Shown: positions 35,351 to 48,898, counted from the first letter of the stretch. The stretch: DNA of 64,000 nt from Entomortierella parvispora E1425 (GCA_020891255.1 BQFW01000004.1:1-64000); one strand, 5' to 3'. A program made the numbers and translations. Notes: generated by a model from the sequence alone, not told the origin.

Positions 35351-38300
35351 CTATGGATCGGGGTTCATGACGTTCAGGCCTCTGACTTCTGCATTGACGT
35401 CTGCTGGGTGATCGTAATACTCTTGTGGCTGGTTTCCGCGTGTTGATTCAAAGCTCGGGGCCATTTGAGAGGGTCGTACATGCTGCTCATCCACCTCATC
35501 GCCTTCTGCTCGGGGAGGGACAGGTGACACCAGGCCCGAGTCGCGTTGTTGAGAATCCACGAGAATAGAGTCCAATCCAGTCGATACCTCTACTCCATCC
35601 GAAACAGGGGGAGGAGAAGATGCCGTCATCACATTGCCTTCATATGCCAGTGGACTCATCTTGTAGTTTGATCCCTGGGACGATCCACTGAATCTGAGCG
35701 CACCAGGATGAGGGATTGGTCCTCCAGGTGATGTTGATGGCGTGAGCGATTCAGAGGGTTGTTCCTGTTGCTGCTGGGCCTGCTGTTGTTGCTGTAACGA
35801 AGGCTCTCCTTCCGCAAACGCGTAAGTTCCCTCAGGGACCTGGGCGGCTGAAGGCTGTGCTTTGACCATGTATGGATTCTGCTGTTGAAAGATTGGGGTA
35901 GACGACTGCATGTGGCTCACGACTGCAGGCTCCATCTCCCTAGAGGGCAACGGTGGCGAGGGGTGGGCCCATGAGGCTTGAGGAATCAGAGGTGGTGGTG
36001 GTGGAATAGCTGGGGGTTGGAGGTAGCCCTCTGGTGCAAGAGTTTGATCCAGAGCAGCCTGGTAGTATGAGATCCCGCCTGCCATTTCATCTACTGGCAT
36101 GAGTCTCGCCTCAATGTTCAAGGCCGAGCTCGCAGCAGGGACGTACTGAGTTCGAGGTTGGTATGGAGCTTGATGAGCATTGTCCATGTAAATGGATCCT
36201 TGGGGAGGGGGATCCTCATAAGGAATGCTCATTGAAGGCTCATCATGGCGTATTGTCTGCTGCTGCTGCTGCTCCAAGACAGGGTCGGTCATCACTCCAG
36301 AAATAGGATACGTGTGGCCAGCATACGAGAGAGGGATATTCATGGACGGCTGGAAATCTTGACTACCACTGTATGCAACCATATGAATATTGGGGTCAGA
36401 TTCCCGCTGGTCGTAAGGTGGCATCACCTGATGCTGAGGATGAGATGGCTGTCCAGAGATATCCTGGAGCCACTGCTTTGGAGAGCCTTGACGTGAGTTG
36501 GACCGACTTGGATGCGGACTGAATTGAGTAGGCTGAAGGGATGCATGCTTTGGAGAGCCTTGGCGTGAGTTGGACCGGCTTGGATGAGGACTAAACTGTG
36601 TCGGCTGAAGGGATGTGCCCATGTACTGATTGTTCTCTGGGATGAGGCCCATTTGACCAGAATAAACTATTGCGTTGTCCTCCATTGCAGGAGGGGGAAC
36701 AAATGTCTGCTCAATAAGCGAAAGTCCTCCAGGAGCTCCGTATTGAACATCTCCTGTATGGATTTGATTCAGACCCTGAGTCTCGTCGTGGAAAGTGGCA
36801 ACTGATTCAGTCTGCATGGTTGTTGGTGTGAACTGACCCGAGATTATCCCAGGGGAGTGCTGCTCCAACATGACAGCTCGTGGCATAAGACCTCCTTCGT
36901 CCTGTTGCATCATCGGCGTGGAAAAGACCTCCGGAGAGAATCCATGTGGTGAATGACCAAGCTGTTGAGGCTGTTGGACGGTATGCACTTGAGGCGCAGG
37001 CATGCCAGAGTATGAGCCTTCAGTGTACAAATTACCAACTCCTGTGAGAGGAGATGAAGGTCTTGATGGCTCAAAGTATTGAGTCTGTCCATACCCATGC
37101 TGAAGCGGAGAAGGCGTAGTAGGATCCCCTGCTACTGGAGTATGGGAGTTGTGACCAGATGACTGTCGCGATTGTCGGGATGGTGGGCGGGAGGAGTGGC
37201 GCGAAAGCGATTCATGGTTCAATTGCATTTGGAATTCGCTTGGAGTGTGGTATCGGTCCGCTGTGTTGACTTCAGGTACAAGATTGTAGCCATGAGCAGG
37301 AGCTTGTAGATGCTCGGATGATGATTGCACATGAGGCAACACAGAGGGATAAGTGTCCAAGACCAACGGTGTCGAGCGAGGCGTAACTGAGCTTGGGTCC
37401 GGATACTGAGCTGGCACTGCTTGATCGACTTCGCCATATCCTGCGGCCCACTGCTGCTGTTGATTGAGCTGCTCTTGCTGTTGCAGTTGGAGATGATGCT
37501 GTATTTGCTGTTCCTGCTGCTGCCGTTGCTCCTGCAGTTGTCTTTGTTCCTGTAATCTCTGCTGCTCTTCTTGTTCTTGCTGAACATAGAGTTCATGCAA
37601 CCTCTGTTGTCCTGCCTCATCCTCCTGTCGGAACTGCCTCACCAGTGTGTTGTCTCTCAATTCGTCGTCCTGAGTGACTCTGTCAAAGATATCTTGCTGG
37701 CTTGGTTGGCGTTCTCTGACTGGCACTGCTTCAACCGTGGCCGCTGAAGAGCCGCCATTGTTATCCCCACTGTACGTCACTTGATTCTGTTCAGCCAAAC
37801 TTGCGTCGAAAGAGCTCTCGGACGTGTTTCGCACTAGGGCCGCATTTCCGTAATAGAACTGATCGCGAATAGACCGAGCGCTTTGGATTGAAGATTCCAT
37901 AGGATCGAGCACAGATGAAGCCAGGCTCGAGCTCGAAAGCGTCCTTGGCAAGTCCCAAGGCTTGTTTTGGGAGGTGGGTGTGTTGGGCAAAGACTGTGCG
38001 GTCGGTATCCTGTTATCGCTGGGGCCGGGAGTAGATGAGCGACTGGCACTGTGTTCTTCGAAATATCCCTCACGCCCCATTTCATCCGCGAGAGGTGTTC
38101 CTTGGTGCAATCGCACATCGGGGATTGAGGGTGTCATGCTCAATTGGCCCAGATCAGGGTTTCTGTCACGACTGGTCAGTTCATCACGAACATTTGCACT
38201 GGAGGCCCCAGACCAGAAAGCAGGCGACGATAACTCTGAGAATGAACCCGAGCCTGCCTTGGAGCTGTAGGCCAAAGGAGTAGCAGAGCTAGGTTCTGAT

Positions 38301-41300
38301 CCAACACTCTTTGAATCAGGCGACACCGGCGCTGGGGAGGCTGTCATTATTCTGCTGGATCCTCCGCTAGGCTTCCGTGTGTGTCGCTCAAACATGGCTG
38401 TAAAGGATCCCCTACTAGAAGTACTGGATTGACGTGAGAGAGGTCGTGAATCCACGGGGCTATGAAGAGAGCCAGCCGAGGCCGGATCGTCGGAACTGGT
38501 CATACTGAGGCTCTTGGTCGAGCGTGGAGTAGTGGGCAAAGCCAAAGGACTCAGACGGGAGGTCTTGTTTCCGATAGAGCAGTGACCGGCACCATGATTA
38601 GGAATAGCGATAGAAAGCTTGGCAAGAGTCTTACGGAGACCCATCTTGCCGTGCTTTGACTTTTCATGCTCCTTCTTGTTTGTGGTGGGCTGAGATATAA
38701 TAGAGCTGACAGATCGCGACATGTCAAAGTCTTGTTCTTCATCTTCGAGAGGCTCATCTCGGTGATCATCTGTATAGTTATCCTCTTCTGCGACCAGGCC
38801 TTGGTCAATGGGCATGAGTGGTGTTGATCGATCGACAGGAGAGGACGAAGGGGGAGGTGAAAATGGGACTTCATCAAGGGACAAGAGCTTTGGTCCAGGT
38901 GCAGGTGCGGCACGGGTCGCCAATGGCTGTTTCATAACGGAGCTGGTGTCCGAGCCATTGAGACTACTGGCGTCCGGGTTCACAACAAAGAGACTTCCAG
39001 CTTGAGAAAAGTCCAAGACGCTTGTAGGGGAATCAGGGTCCTTGAGTGGTGAACGACGCGTAATTGGGCGCGAACCATTGCTATCCATTGTAATAGTGTC
39101 GGGCGGTCGGGGGGTACTGCTCTTACTCGTCGGGGCGGAAACAGACATGGTCGATCCAGCTGTGCCAGGCTTACGGGGACTGGTATTGGTGGAGCTTGTT
39201 CCATTGGTTTGTGTATTGATGGCACTAGGTTTCTTCTTGGAGAAAACACCGGTCTTGTTCTTCTTGACTGGATCATCCTCATGTAGAGGGAACGTAAAGT
39301 CCTTGGGGATCCTGGGTGGAGGGTCAGACCAGGAGGATGCATGGGTGATGTAGATGGGCAGCTCCACAGCCAGGGCTTTGCTCATAGACGCCATGAGGCT
39401 GACCTGGACAAAAAACTGGACGTGAAGGTAGGAGGTGTTTCGTAGGGAATACACGCCGGAAGGAATGTACACTGGAAGAACCACAATCCTCGGATCATCG
39501 CTGTCAAAAGCATAGTCCTCGCCCTTGTAGATGATCTCACTGTAGTTTTTGACGCTGTCCTGCTCTCTGACGCCTACTCCAGATGACTGACTGCTGACAC
39601 TGGCTCGTGAGTGAGACGCGGCAATGTGTCTCCAAAGCGACAGCTTGATGCCCATGATCTAAGGAAGAGAGGGTGGAAATAGCATGAGTAAAAATAGTTG
39701 ACCCATCGAACTCGTCTAGTAGAGAGGAATGATCGAGATGAAGTCGTACCTTCTTCTTTGTCAAGTTTTTCACTCCAACATTCACATATACGATTCCTCC
39801 GGAGCTGACCATTGTCCTTGTTAGCTCTGCGTACATCTCCAAACTGCCCTCGCCTCCCATGAACAATCGCTTGCTTGTGTCTGCTTTCACCGACCTTCTG
39901 CGAGCCTGCGTGATGTCGTCTGTGGTCCAAGTCTCGTAGATAAATACTTCTCTGGTGTGGTTCACCACTTCCTTGTGATGATTGGCCTTCATAGTTGCGA
40001 TACTGAACAGCGAAAAAAAAAAAAAAAAAAAAAAAATTGTACATTTGGTTAGAGATTGAAGGTGATTGCTGATTCAGGCGGTTGTTTTCTCTTACGCAGA
40101 CGCAACATATCGGACTTGGCCAAGCTTAGAGTCGTATGAGTTGGGCAGTGTATCCTGGACGTTCAACCGGAATGGGAAGATGGTGCGCCCTTTCCGTGCC
40201 AACCAATATCCCTCGGCATCTAATCGTAGGTAATACATCAAAAAAGAGTAAGATATTGCTATCATGTTATGGCCCACAGCAGAACACTATCCAATAGGCA
40301 CCTGGTTCAATGTTTTCTTGGACCGCCTGTGATGGATGGCGCGCATCCTGAAGTCGAAGAATTGTCTTGTGGAAGATCTTTGGAGTTAAATGATCCTTGG
40401 TTAAAGCTACATGAAGATAATAATCGTGCAACTGTTAGCTGACTGAGGCTTGCTCAGATCAAAGGTAGCGGATAAACGGGCAATCAACATACCTTCATAT
40501 CCCAACAATTCGATAATCATATCCGCCAACATGACTGATCGAGATGAAGAACACTGAACCTCCAATCGCCCTGACAGCTCTCCTCCTGCATTAAAGAATG
40601 GGCGATCAAACGTCAGCTGGATCCGAACTTTGCCCGTCTTTGAGGTCATCTTTCCAGGCATGGGTGGGACTTCTTCATTTGAAGGCATTGTCGACAAAGT
40701 CACTTGTCGAGAGTAGGAAGGAGTTTGCGTGGATCTTTGTCTCGTTTGAGCAGAGACCACGGTCGATGAATTTCCCCAGTTTGGATCTGATCCAGCTCGT
40801 ACAATTGCATTGTTGGCATTAAGGAGATGGTTCATTCGTGGCGAGCGCGGATATTGGGCCGTGGGTTCAATCACTGCAGACATAGGTCTCGGTATACGGT
40901 CGGGGATAGCGGGCGAGTTGATAGAGTACATTGAGTATGTACTGTTGCGGTTCGGGTGCGGTGCAATATACGAGTCTTTTGGCTGTGAGCTGTCTTGCGT
41001 AGCCATTGCATCCACACTGGGTCCATTGGGCGATACTGCTCCATTTGCTCCATTTGCTCCACTTTCTGTTTGTCGCGATTGCTCAGGGTATAGCGGTTCG
41101 GGCTGAGTAGCAGAGAACGCCGAGGGTGAAGGGGCTGTCGGCAGCTGATCGCGTGCGATAGGGAAACGATTTTGAGGGATAGGTCCCAGGTTAAGAGATC
41201 TCTGCGCCTGTAACTGCGGAACTTGTTGACGCTGCATCTGTGGTGATCCTGCATAGACACCATGGTATGTCGAGTGATGATACGGGGCATAAGGTTTTGT

Positions 41301-41990
41301 CTGCTGTTGTTGTTGTTGTTGTTGCTGCTGCTGCTGCTGCTGTAGCTGCACGTCCGTTACAGGTCTGGCATCGCGATAATAATGGGCTTGCTGCTCGAAC
41401 TGCTCGTATAGCTGATGTTCCTTGTTTTGATAAGGCAGTTGAATCTGTGTTCTTGGGTAAGCTGGTGAAGCACCTAGAGAAGGAGAAGGGTGTGTAGCTA
41501 TCATACTACTAGCCCTCATTACAGGTGACTCTCCACGACCCAAAGGTGGCATAGGACCCATGGGACCATTCATTGCCGCAAACGATTGACCCGAGCTGCT
41601 GTAGCCGCGATACACTTGAGGAGACACTGAGAGAGGTCGGCCTCCATATCTGGGAGAGTAACCGCCTTCTAGAGGGCGCACTTGCTGCATCTGACGTGCC
41701 AAAAGCTGCTGCTGCTGATATTGCTGTTGTTGCAAAAGCCCTTGCGTTTGCATAGGTGTCAGCGACAAAGGATATTGATAGGTTTGAGGGGTTTGAGGTG
41801 GAGTCGTTTGATCGTATCCGTTTGGTCGTGGTGAAGGCTGCGGTGAATGAGCCGGAGTTGATGGCTGCGATTGCTGAGAAGGCGAAAGCGAGGCGCCATT
41901 GGGGGATGTTGCAGGATAACCGCCGACGGCTGACAGATGTTGCGACAGTAGCTCATCCTGCTTTCTTGCCAAAGACTCTTTGTTCTCCAT
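35351..41990 (-). CDS. Very large arrestin-fold protein (Arrestin_N and Arrestin_C flanked by long disordered Q/P/S-rich regions)
   Basis: KVRIQLTFDRPFFNAGGELSGRLEVQC...IELLGYE; GRTIFPFRLNVQDTLPNSY; FMGGEGSLEMYAELTRTMVSSGGIVYVNVGVKNLTKKK; LAVELPIYITH. Several short internal exons lie between about 39660 and 40490. Confidence 0.85.
36476..36615 (-). repeat. In-frame 72-bp tandem duplication (SLQPTQFSPHPSRSNSRQGSPK x2) in the arrestin tail
   Basis: Plus-strand CTTTGGAGAGCC anchors at 36476 and 36548 give a period of 72. Confidence 0.9.
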
Positions 41991-42773
41991 GGTTCAGACT
42001 GATCGCCTCTGGTACACTGATATACTATGAGGGAGGAGGGGCAAAAGGCGTTGGATTATTAGTCTTTATGAGAAGCAAATACATTCATACCCCTGCAGAC
42101 ATGGCGCTCCTTCCTCTCGACCTAGTCTGGTCGACGCCGTACCTGCGAGATGAGTCGAGAATGAATATAAAAAGATTTTTCTTTTATGGGGTGACACGAA
42201 GCGGCTGTTGGTTCTTGTTCGATCTGAACGGATGAGTTGATAACAGGCCAGACAGGCAGACAAACGTGCACTCAGTTGACCCCCAATGGCTGTGGTGATG
42301 GTACAGTAGGGTGTTATGCAGGGTGCTGTGTGCGGGAGAGACGGGAGAGGTTTTTTGTCAAGGAGATGCGACGGTAGTCCGCACAGTGCACTGGCAGGCG
42401 GAGAGATCGACAACAGCAAGAGAGCCCGACGCAAAAGACGATACACAGCAGAGGAAAGTTAGACGGAGACAGCTGGGTTGAAGACCAGTTTTGAGCAAAA
42501 CACAAACATGGGCCAGCTGAGGTGGATGAGGCTGAATGGAATAGAGTAAATGAGAATGCAATGAGGGGAAGGGAATGAATCACAGCATGCCCGTGAGTGG
42601 ATGAGTGATGAAGGAAAAGAACAGTCGACAAAGGCGGAAACGTTTCACTCGGGCGCACGGCAGCGAAACGGCGGAGATTGGTGGCAAAAGGAACTAGTGA
42701 CGAGCAGTCACTTCCTGGTGAAGGATGTATCATATATTTGAAGAGTAGAATACAGTGGGCAGCAGTCGCCTTC

Positions 42774-44054
42774 TTAGAAGCGACTGCCAACGGAGCTATG
42801 GGACTGACTGCTATACACAGCACTGCTGCTGGCATACTGCTGCTGATGCTGATGCTGATGCTGATGCTGATGCTGATGCTGATGCTGATGCTGATGCTGA
42901 TGCTGATGCTGATGCTGATGCTGATGCTGTGATCCCGAGGGAGATTGGATAGGGGTGGCACCAAAACTGCTGCTGCTGTTGCTGTGGAAACCTGCGTTGC
43001 CGCCAACACGGTAATTGCTGTTACTGGAGCTAGGTCTGGAAATCGGGTAATCCTGTCTGTTTACAGGATTCCTGTCTGGGTTGAACGACCCATAGGGTGC
43101 CGTCGACCCTGATGTAGAGCCTCCCACAGGGGTGCTTGGCCTCGATCCAAGCGAGTTCCCAAACCCAGAATACTTTGGAGTCTCAACCAAAACCGGCAAA
43201 GACTCTTTCTTGTTCAAAAGCGTGTCAAAGATCGACTTCAGGATTCCTGCCTTCTTTTGCTTGCTCTGCTGAGTCCTGTCAAAGCTTGGCAAGGCGTTGT
43301 CGTTGGCGCTGAGTGAGATAAAGTAGGCGAATGGGATCATCCAGACACAGATCCCGAAAAAGCTGGCGATTCTCATGAAGCTGTAAAAGTGCTTTGCAAA
43401 GTACTGGAACCACATGAAATGGTCAATCAAGACAAGAACTACCAGATCAAAGGGAGGAGAGAAAGGGGTTAGAGTCAACTAGTGATATCAACACTCCATC
43501 CAGACGTGCATCCTGGCGTAGACGTACCACAGCTGGCGAGGAAAGGAAAGCTGAGAAGGTTGATGAAAGGAAAGTTGGCGAGGTTCAGACTGTAGATCGC
43601 GTGACATCCAAGCGAGAACATGATCTTTGTGAATGGCAGGCCATCCAGCAGCCAGAGCGAAAGATGAATAGCTACTACGGCCTAAACACAATGAATGCAG
43701 GCACATGGTGCGTTTGGTCAGTGAGTTTGCCTTTATATCGGTCAGTCCGTGGTTGTCAGTCAATCCGGAATTGGATCAAAGGACAAAAATAGAAGAACGG
43801 AGAGTTACCAGGGTCAAGCCTTTGATAACTCGTTTTGTCTGAACAGTGTACTCCTCCACGAGCTCTGCCAAGTAATATAATCCGCAGGCTACATGCGACA
43901 GAAACAAGGGCATTAGCACATGGTAGAAAGAGATGATTCTGAGTGCAAGGACACATGCATGGACCGTGTTGTTACCGAGAGAGAGCGTCGAGAACAAGAA
44001 GGCGATTCCTGTACCCGCGTACGAGATGACAGTGAGGGTGATTCCGCCTGGCAT
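42774..44054 (-). CDS. SVP26: Svp26/TEX261-like ER-Golgi cargo adaptor with an extended QH-repeat tail
   Basis: MPGGITLTVISYAGTGIAFLFSTLSL/ACGLYYLAELVEEYTVQTKRVIK; DHFMWFQYF; FFGICVWMIPFAYFISLSANDNALP. Multi-exon. Confidence 0.9.
42841..42929. repeat. (TGCTGA)14 hexanucleotide microsatellite encoding poly-QH in SVP26
   Basis: 14 perfect TGCTGA units plus a partial unit. Confidence 0.95.
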
Positions 44055-44887
44055 GTTGAGCGTGGGATGTGGAGGTGGAGGTGGGTGTGGATGAGAGCTT
44101 GGATCCTGGATGGAAGTGAAGACAAGAGGGAGAGAAAGGAAGAAAGACGGAATGAAGAACGGGAACGCAATGGAATGAAAGAGCAGCCGACAACGAGGGC
44201 ACACCATTGTCTAATTTTATTCTCAGGCTAAAACCTGGCATGCTTGTTTTTTATTCGAGCTCTGGCTCGCTCGCCCGGAGTGCCAACAGGTGTCTTCTGC
44301 CCTGCGTTCTTCCCCTTCCCAGCATTCCCAGTCCTCATGGGTATTCCTCTCGCTCGTAAACCAGTAAATGTTTCCGGTCGCTGTTCTTGCCACACCCTAC
44401 TGAACCCTGTACATCAATTTTTGCCAGGAATGGATCGGAATCCGCAATACAGGGCAGACTGGCAATGCTTGCCCCCCTCTGTCGACTAGATCGAACTGGA
44501 ATCCATTACCCGAACTTTACTTTCCAAAGCGGCCTCGAACAACCCTTGTTTATTTTGTGGATATCTTTTTCCAAGACGCGCTTTGAAGGTTTGCAGGTAC
44601 GGGCGCCCGAGAACAGCCGTTTCTCGCCTTAGTCACCAATTGCCACGTTTCAAAAGTAGGGATTTGAAAGGCATCGCCTGAATAGGTGCAGAGAAATTGG
44701 TCAAAGCTGTGCTGAACAAAACACGCGCGATTCTTTCCTGCAGCCACGTAGTCAACCTGAGCTCGGGACGCAGGTCGCAAAAAAAAAAAAAAAATTAAGA
44801 GTGTGTTGAAACCACAAAACGCATCAAGGACAAATGTTGGCCTCTTCTTTTCCACTCACCTCTTCAAAGTAACGAGCACTAAGCACC

Positions 44888-45346
44888 ATGACAGACACCT
44901 CTGACCTCCTCACCGCAGACATGAATTTTGTTCTCCTGCCATCCAGTCCAAAGACTCATCCAAGCACAGAAAAAAACAAAGATCCAAAAAAAAACGCCGA
45001 ACATATCCTCAAGCTCGAAAGATACAACAGACTTGCAGGCATGGACCCATCGCTCGCTCTTGGATGGATGGAACAGGACTATCTTCTCGAGGGTAGTGTC
45101 CGGGTCGGGTTTGTGGCATTGGTTTCTGCTGGCCTCTTTTGGCTGAATGGGATCGTGGCCGAGAAGTCTTGGTACGGCAGTAGAATGATGAAGGTGCACT
45201 GGCAGGTGGCATCCTCTCTCTTGCTTGTATTTGCTGTTGTCTGGACTCTGATGGTTTCTTTTCTGACGTTGGAGGCAGTGTGGACTTGGATGCGCACACC
45301 TATTGGATTCCGCAGGTCAAAATACCAGCGACTCTTTGACCTTTAA
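44888..45346 (+). CDS. Hypothetical small membrane protein (about 2-3 TM segments), intronless
   Basis: 152-aa ATG ORF with hydrophobic VGFVALVSAGLFWLNGIV and VASSLLLVFAVVWTLMVSFLTL; it fits the gap between SVP26 and the GNAT gene. Confidence 0.65.
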   Translation: MTDTSDLLTADMNFVLLPSSPKTHPSTEKNKDPKKNAEHILKLERYNRLAGMDPSLALGWMEQDYLLEGSVRVGFVALVSAGLFWLNGIVAEKSWYGSRMMKVHWQVASSLLLVFAVVWTLMVSFLTLEAVWTWMRTPIGFRRSKYQRLFDL

Positions 45347-45429
45347 CCTGGCCATTAAACATAATCTTTTCCAATCCAGTCGATTCATTCGGTTCAGTAT
45401 CGTCTCTTGCTGTTTATTTATTTTTTATT

Positions 45430-46089
45430 TCATGGATTAGTTTCCTCTACATCGTAGATGAAGTGCGCAATCTCCTTGGTGGCATTGAACTTTTCGACAA
45501 AACAAGGAACCCCTCGTGCAGGGCACATTCCAGCTTTCTCCATGACGCGAATGCTCGCCGTGTTGTCTAGCCAGGCTTCTGCATGGACGCGCTCGAATCC
45601 AAAAAGGGAACGAGTGATGTGCTGTAAGCTGTACCGGATGACGTTGGTCATAATACCCTTTCCAGCCCACTCTGGTGAAAGCCAGTACCCAAATGCTCCA
45701 CAGCGGAGGATATTTGATGAATCTGTGGTACCCGCTTCCTCATCCCTGAAGCATGGCCCGAGAACATCACCGTGATCGAAATCGTCAAGGTGGACGAGTC
45801 CAATCATGGGACCGTCTATGGAGGGACGAATGGCCCAATTGTGAACAATACCCTTGTTAATTCTTTGGGAGACCTGTCTTTGGATGAAATATGTGGCGCC
45901 GTCGCGTGGAAATGGAAAGACCATCTTGGCAGAGTGTAAGCCGTTCGCAATAGTGTCATTGATATTGAGGATCCTGTACAACTCTTCCTCGTCTGTTGCT
46001 TCAATGACGGTCAGGAAGATCGAGTCAGATACGCGAAACGGACCAGCAGATGGGGCCGCTGGTCGCGACCCAGTTGCTGTTGCTACCAT
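45430..46089 (-). CDS. GNAT acetyltransferase, RimJ/RimL (Acetyltransf_3) type, intronless
   Basis: GYWLSPEWAGKGIMT (acetyl-CoA-binding motif) and NTASIRVMEKAGM. Confidence 0.9.
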   Translation of the reverse strand: MVATATGSRPAAPSAGPFRVSDSIFLTVIEATDEEELYRILNINDTIANGLHSAKMVFPFPRDGATYFIQRQVSQRINKGIVHNWAIRPSIDGPMIGLVHLDDFDHGDVLGPCFRDEEAGTTDSSNILRCGAFGYWLSPEWAGKGIMTNVIRYSLQHITRSLFGFERVHAEAWLDNTASIRVMEKAGMCPARGVPCFVEKFNATKEIAHFIYDVEETNP

Positions 46090-46869
46090 TGTTGTCAGTG
46101 CGATAAGAGGCGGTGCTCTGCTGAGCTAGATTGGGGGCTGAAGGTGGGAAGAGATGAAGAGGAAAGAAGGGCAGCATGTGTTCGCTTTATACTCCTGCCG
46201 CGGCGCAGCAGCCCGCTCTCGATGAATCTTTTGTGCAAGAGCGACAAAAGAAGGTGAAGAGCAAAAAAAAAAAAAAAAAAAATTGGCGGCGTGCTGTTCC
46301 TTGAGTCTAATTGAATCATCCAGGGGCAGGGCGCCAGAGCCAGGACTCTCGGATGCACACCACGCCACGCCACGCTTCAAAGTCGGCCCAATCGCCAGTG
46401 CTCTGTCAGCGATCGATCAATCTATGATCCGTCATGCTCTCCCTGTATTGTACCTGTTTGTACCTGAAGTGCATGCAGGTCATCCAGAGTGATGTGATGG
46501 GGTGGGTGGACAGCCGTGGTGGTAGTCTCCGTCTCCCCAGCCTGCCAGGCTGCATGCACGCATGCTCAGTCTGCCGTGAGAGCACGGCTCTCATCCATCA
46601 CTTCGAACAATATTAGAGTATTACAGTAGCATGGCACAAGGGGACAGACAGGTCGGTCCAAACAATCCGTCGTCTCTCTCTCTCTGCTCTCTCGCTTTGC
46701 ACCACCATGTGTGCGCCCTCATCCTCGCCATCCTCGAGCCTTCTTCGTCCTCCCGAGGCTCGAAAATAAAGATGAGCACATTGTTCCTTTCTTCCAGCAT
46801 CATCCTTCATCATCCTCTCCATTCATCCTCCCGTCCTTCTTCATCTGACGGATAAGTGCCCAGCCCGCC

Positions 46870-48721
46870 ATGCCCATGAGTCAGCGTCAAAGGGGTCGCC
46901 AGTCGGTCTCGAATTCGTCCAGTTCCTCCACCAACCTCTACCCAGAACTCAAACCTTTGCCTCAGGCTCACGCCCCGCTCTCATGTCGGGACCCATCGCA
47001 AGCTGTTCCCTTTGATATGTCCATCCTCACCATCTCGCACCGCAAGGAAGTAAGCTCGATTAAGGCCTTGATTGTAGGGGGTGGCATCGCAGGACTCTCG
47101 TTGGCCGTCATGATGGATTTGGCGGGCATCGAGTACGAAATCCTGGAGCGAACGACGGGGGATGAGCCTTCAATGGGGTCTGCACTGGCATTGGGCCCGC
47201 CTGTTCTCCGGCTCCTGGAGCAGATGGGACTTTTGGAGAATATCAAACGCGTCTCGAAGGAGGTCTCTGGTATGACCGTCGTTGATAGCGAAGCCAGGAA
47301 GCTCGGTCGACTCGAGGGGATGGATCCATCGCGATATGGTTACCCTTATAGAATCATGACCCGATCCGCTTTCCTCAAGGTACTGCTGGACAGGATCCCA
47401 GAAGGAAACATTCATCGTGGCAAGACTGTAATTGAGACCCATCAAAACCCCAATGGTGTCTTTTGCCGATGCTCGGATGGACGCACGTACTATGGCGACA
47501 TTATTGTAGGAGCCGATGGCGCTCAGAGTTTGACTCGTGAGCGCATGTTTATGCAACTAAAGGAGCAGGGAAAGCTACCCGATGTCGACATGGAGCCCTC
47601 AATCTACGAGCATGTTACCATCACAGGCGTATCTGAGAAGCTGGATCCCAAGTTGTACCCATCAGTACAAGATGACAAGGCCGAGTTCAGAGTCATTTAC
47701 TCCAAGGACATGCCGTATTCGGTAAGGTGCCTTCCAGGAACAGGAAGATCTAAATTCTACTCTGAGGGGATTTTGACGGCCACCTGCTGTTTGACTGATA
47801 TCGTTCTCTCAACTTGTCTGCTGTCATCATTTAGTTCTGGTACCTGCCGGTGGTCGACGACCAAGTAGCTTGGGGTATCAGTTGCCATGTCGCCACTCCA
47901 AAGCAGCAATTCCACTCGTACTCTGAGAAGCCTGGGATGCCTGTTAGTATATCAGGGTCATCCCCTGTCGGTGTAGTCGATCCCGCCATGTTTCCTGCTC
48001 CTCTCAATCGGTCCGCCTCCAGTACACGGATCGCCAACGATTGGCATACACCGGCGCCCGACTTTGAGGAAAAATACAAGGATTTGCTGGATGCTCGCTG
48101 CGCGATGGGCTCTGGCACTGTGCGCGATTTTGTAAAAGCCACGCCCCGCTCTCGGATCTCGGGTGTGGATTTGGAAGAGCGCCTCTACAAGACTTGGTAC
48201 AGTGGACGAATTGTTCTCATCGGAGACGCCTGCCACCAGGATCTAATTGTGGGCGGGCAAGGAGGGATCCAAAGTCTGTTAGATGGAGTCTGCTTGGTCA
48301 ATCTCTTGTATGACATGGAATACAATACCCCAGACGAAATTGTTCGAGCCTTCAAAAAGTACCATGCCAAACGAAGCACCGTCGCCAAATCTTCGATCGG
48401 AGAGACAAATAGCATGGACAAGATTTTTCACGGCCAGGTACAGAAGCGAGAAAGGCAATTGAGTCAATTTTTTTTTTCTGTTCAAAGACACATGAGGCTA
48501 ACACGACATCCTACATTTCATCTTGATAGGGATTCTACGCTGGTATGATGCGAAAGCTGCTTTTCAGCACAGTCTGGACCTTCAATATGAACAACGACAG
48601 GTTCAACTGCAACCGACCACAACTTTCATTCCTGCCATTTGTCGAAGATCGGGCCACGAGCAAGGCCAACAAACAAAAAGTCTCTACAAGACTTGTGCGG
48701 AACAAGATCTTGACGCCATAA
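46870..48721 (+). CDS. Class A FAD-dependent monooxygenase (FAD_binding_3), 2 introns
   Basis: LIVGGGIAG, IIVGADGAQS and VLIGDACH fingerprints; predicted last exon GFYAGMMRKLLF...NRPQLSFLPFV...KILTP*. Confidence 0.92.
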
Positions 48722-48898
48722 AGAACTCATACACTCACGAATAATAAATCATACATATCAATATCCTCATTGCAACAATCAAAAGACCAGTCTCCCGAAC
48801 TCTCAGAGGGTTCTTTTCTTTAGACGCGAAAAACAATTTTATTCAAACAATCTGTCGCAATCCTTGCAATGTCATTCGAGACCAACAGGAGAAACTTC

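Noticed and set aside
42314-43009. ORFs with poly-IS, poly-ML or poly-AD tracts
   Set aside because: They are alternative-frame readings of the (TGCTGA)14 microsatellite in SVP26.
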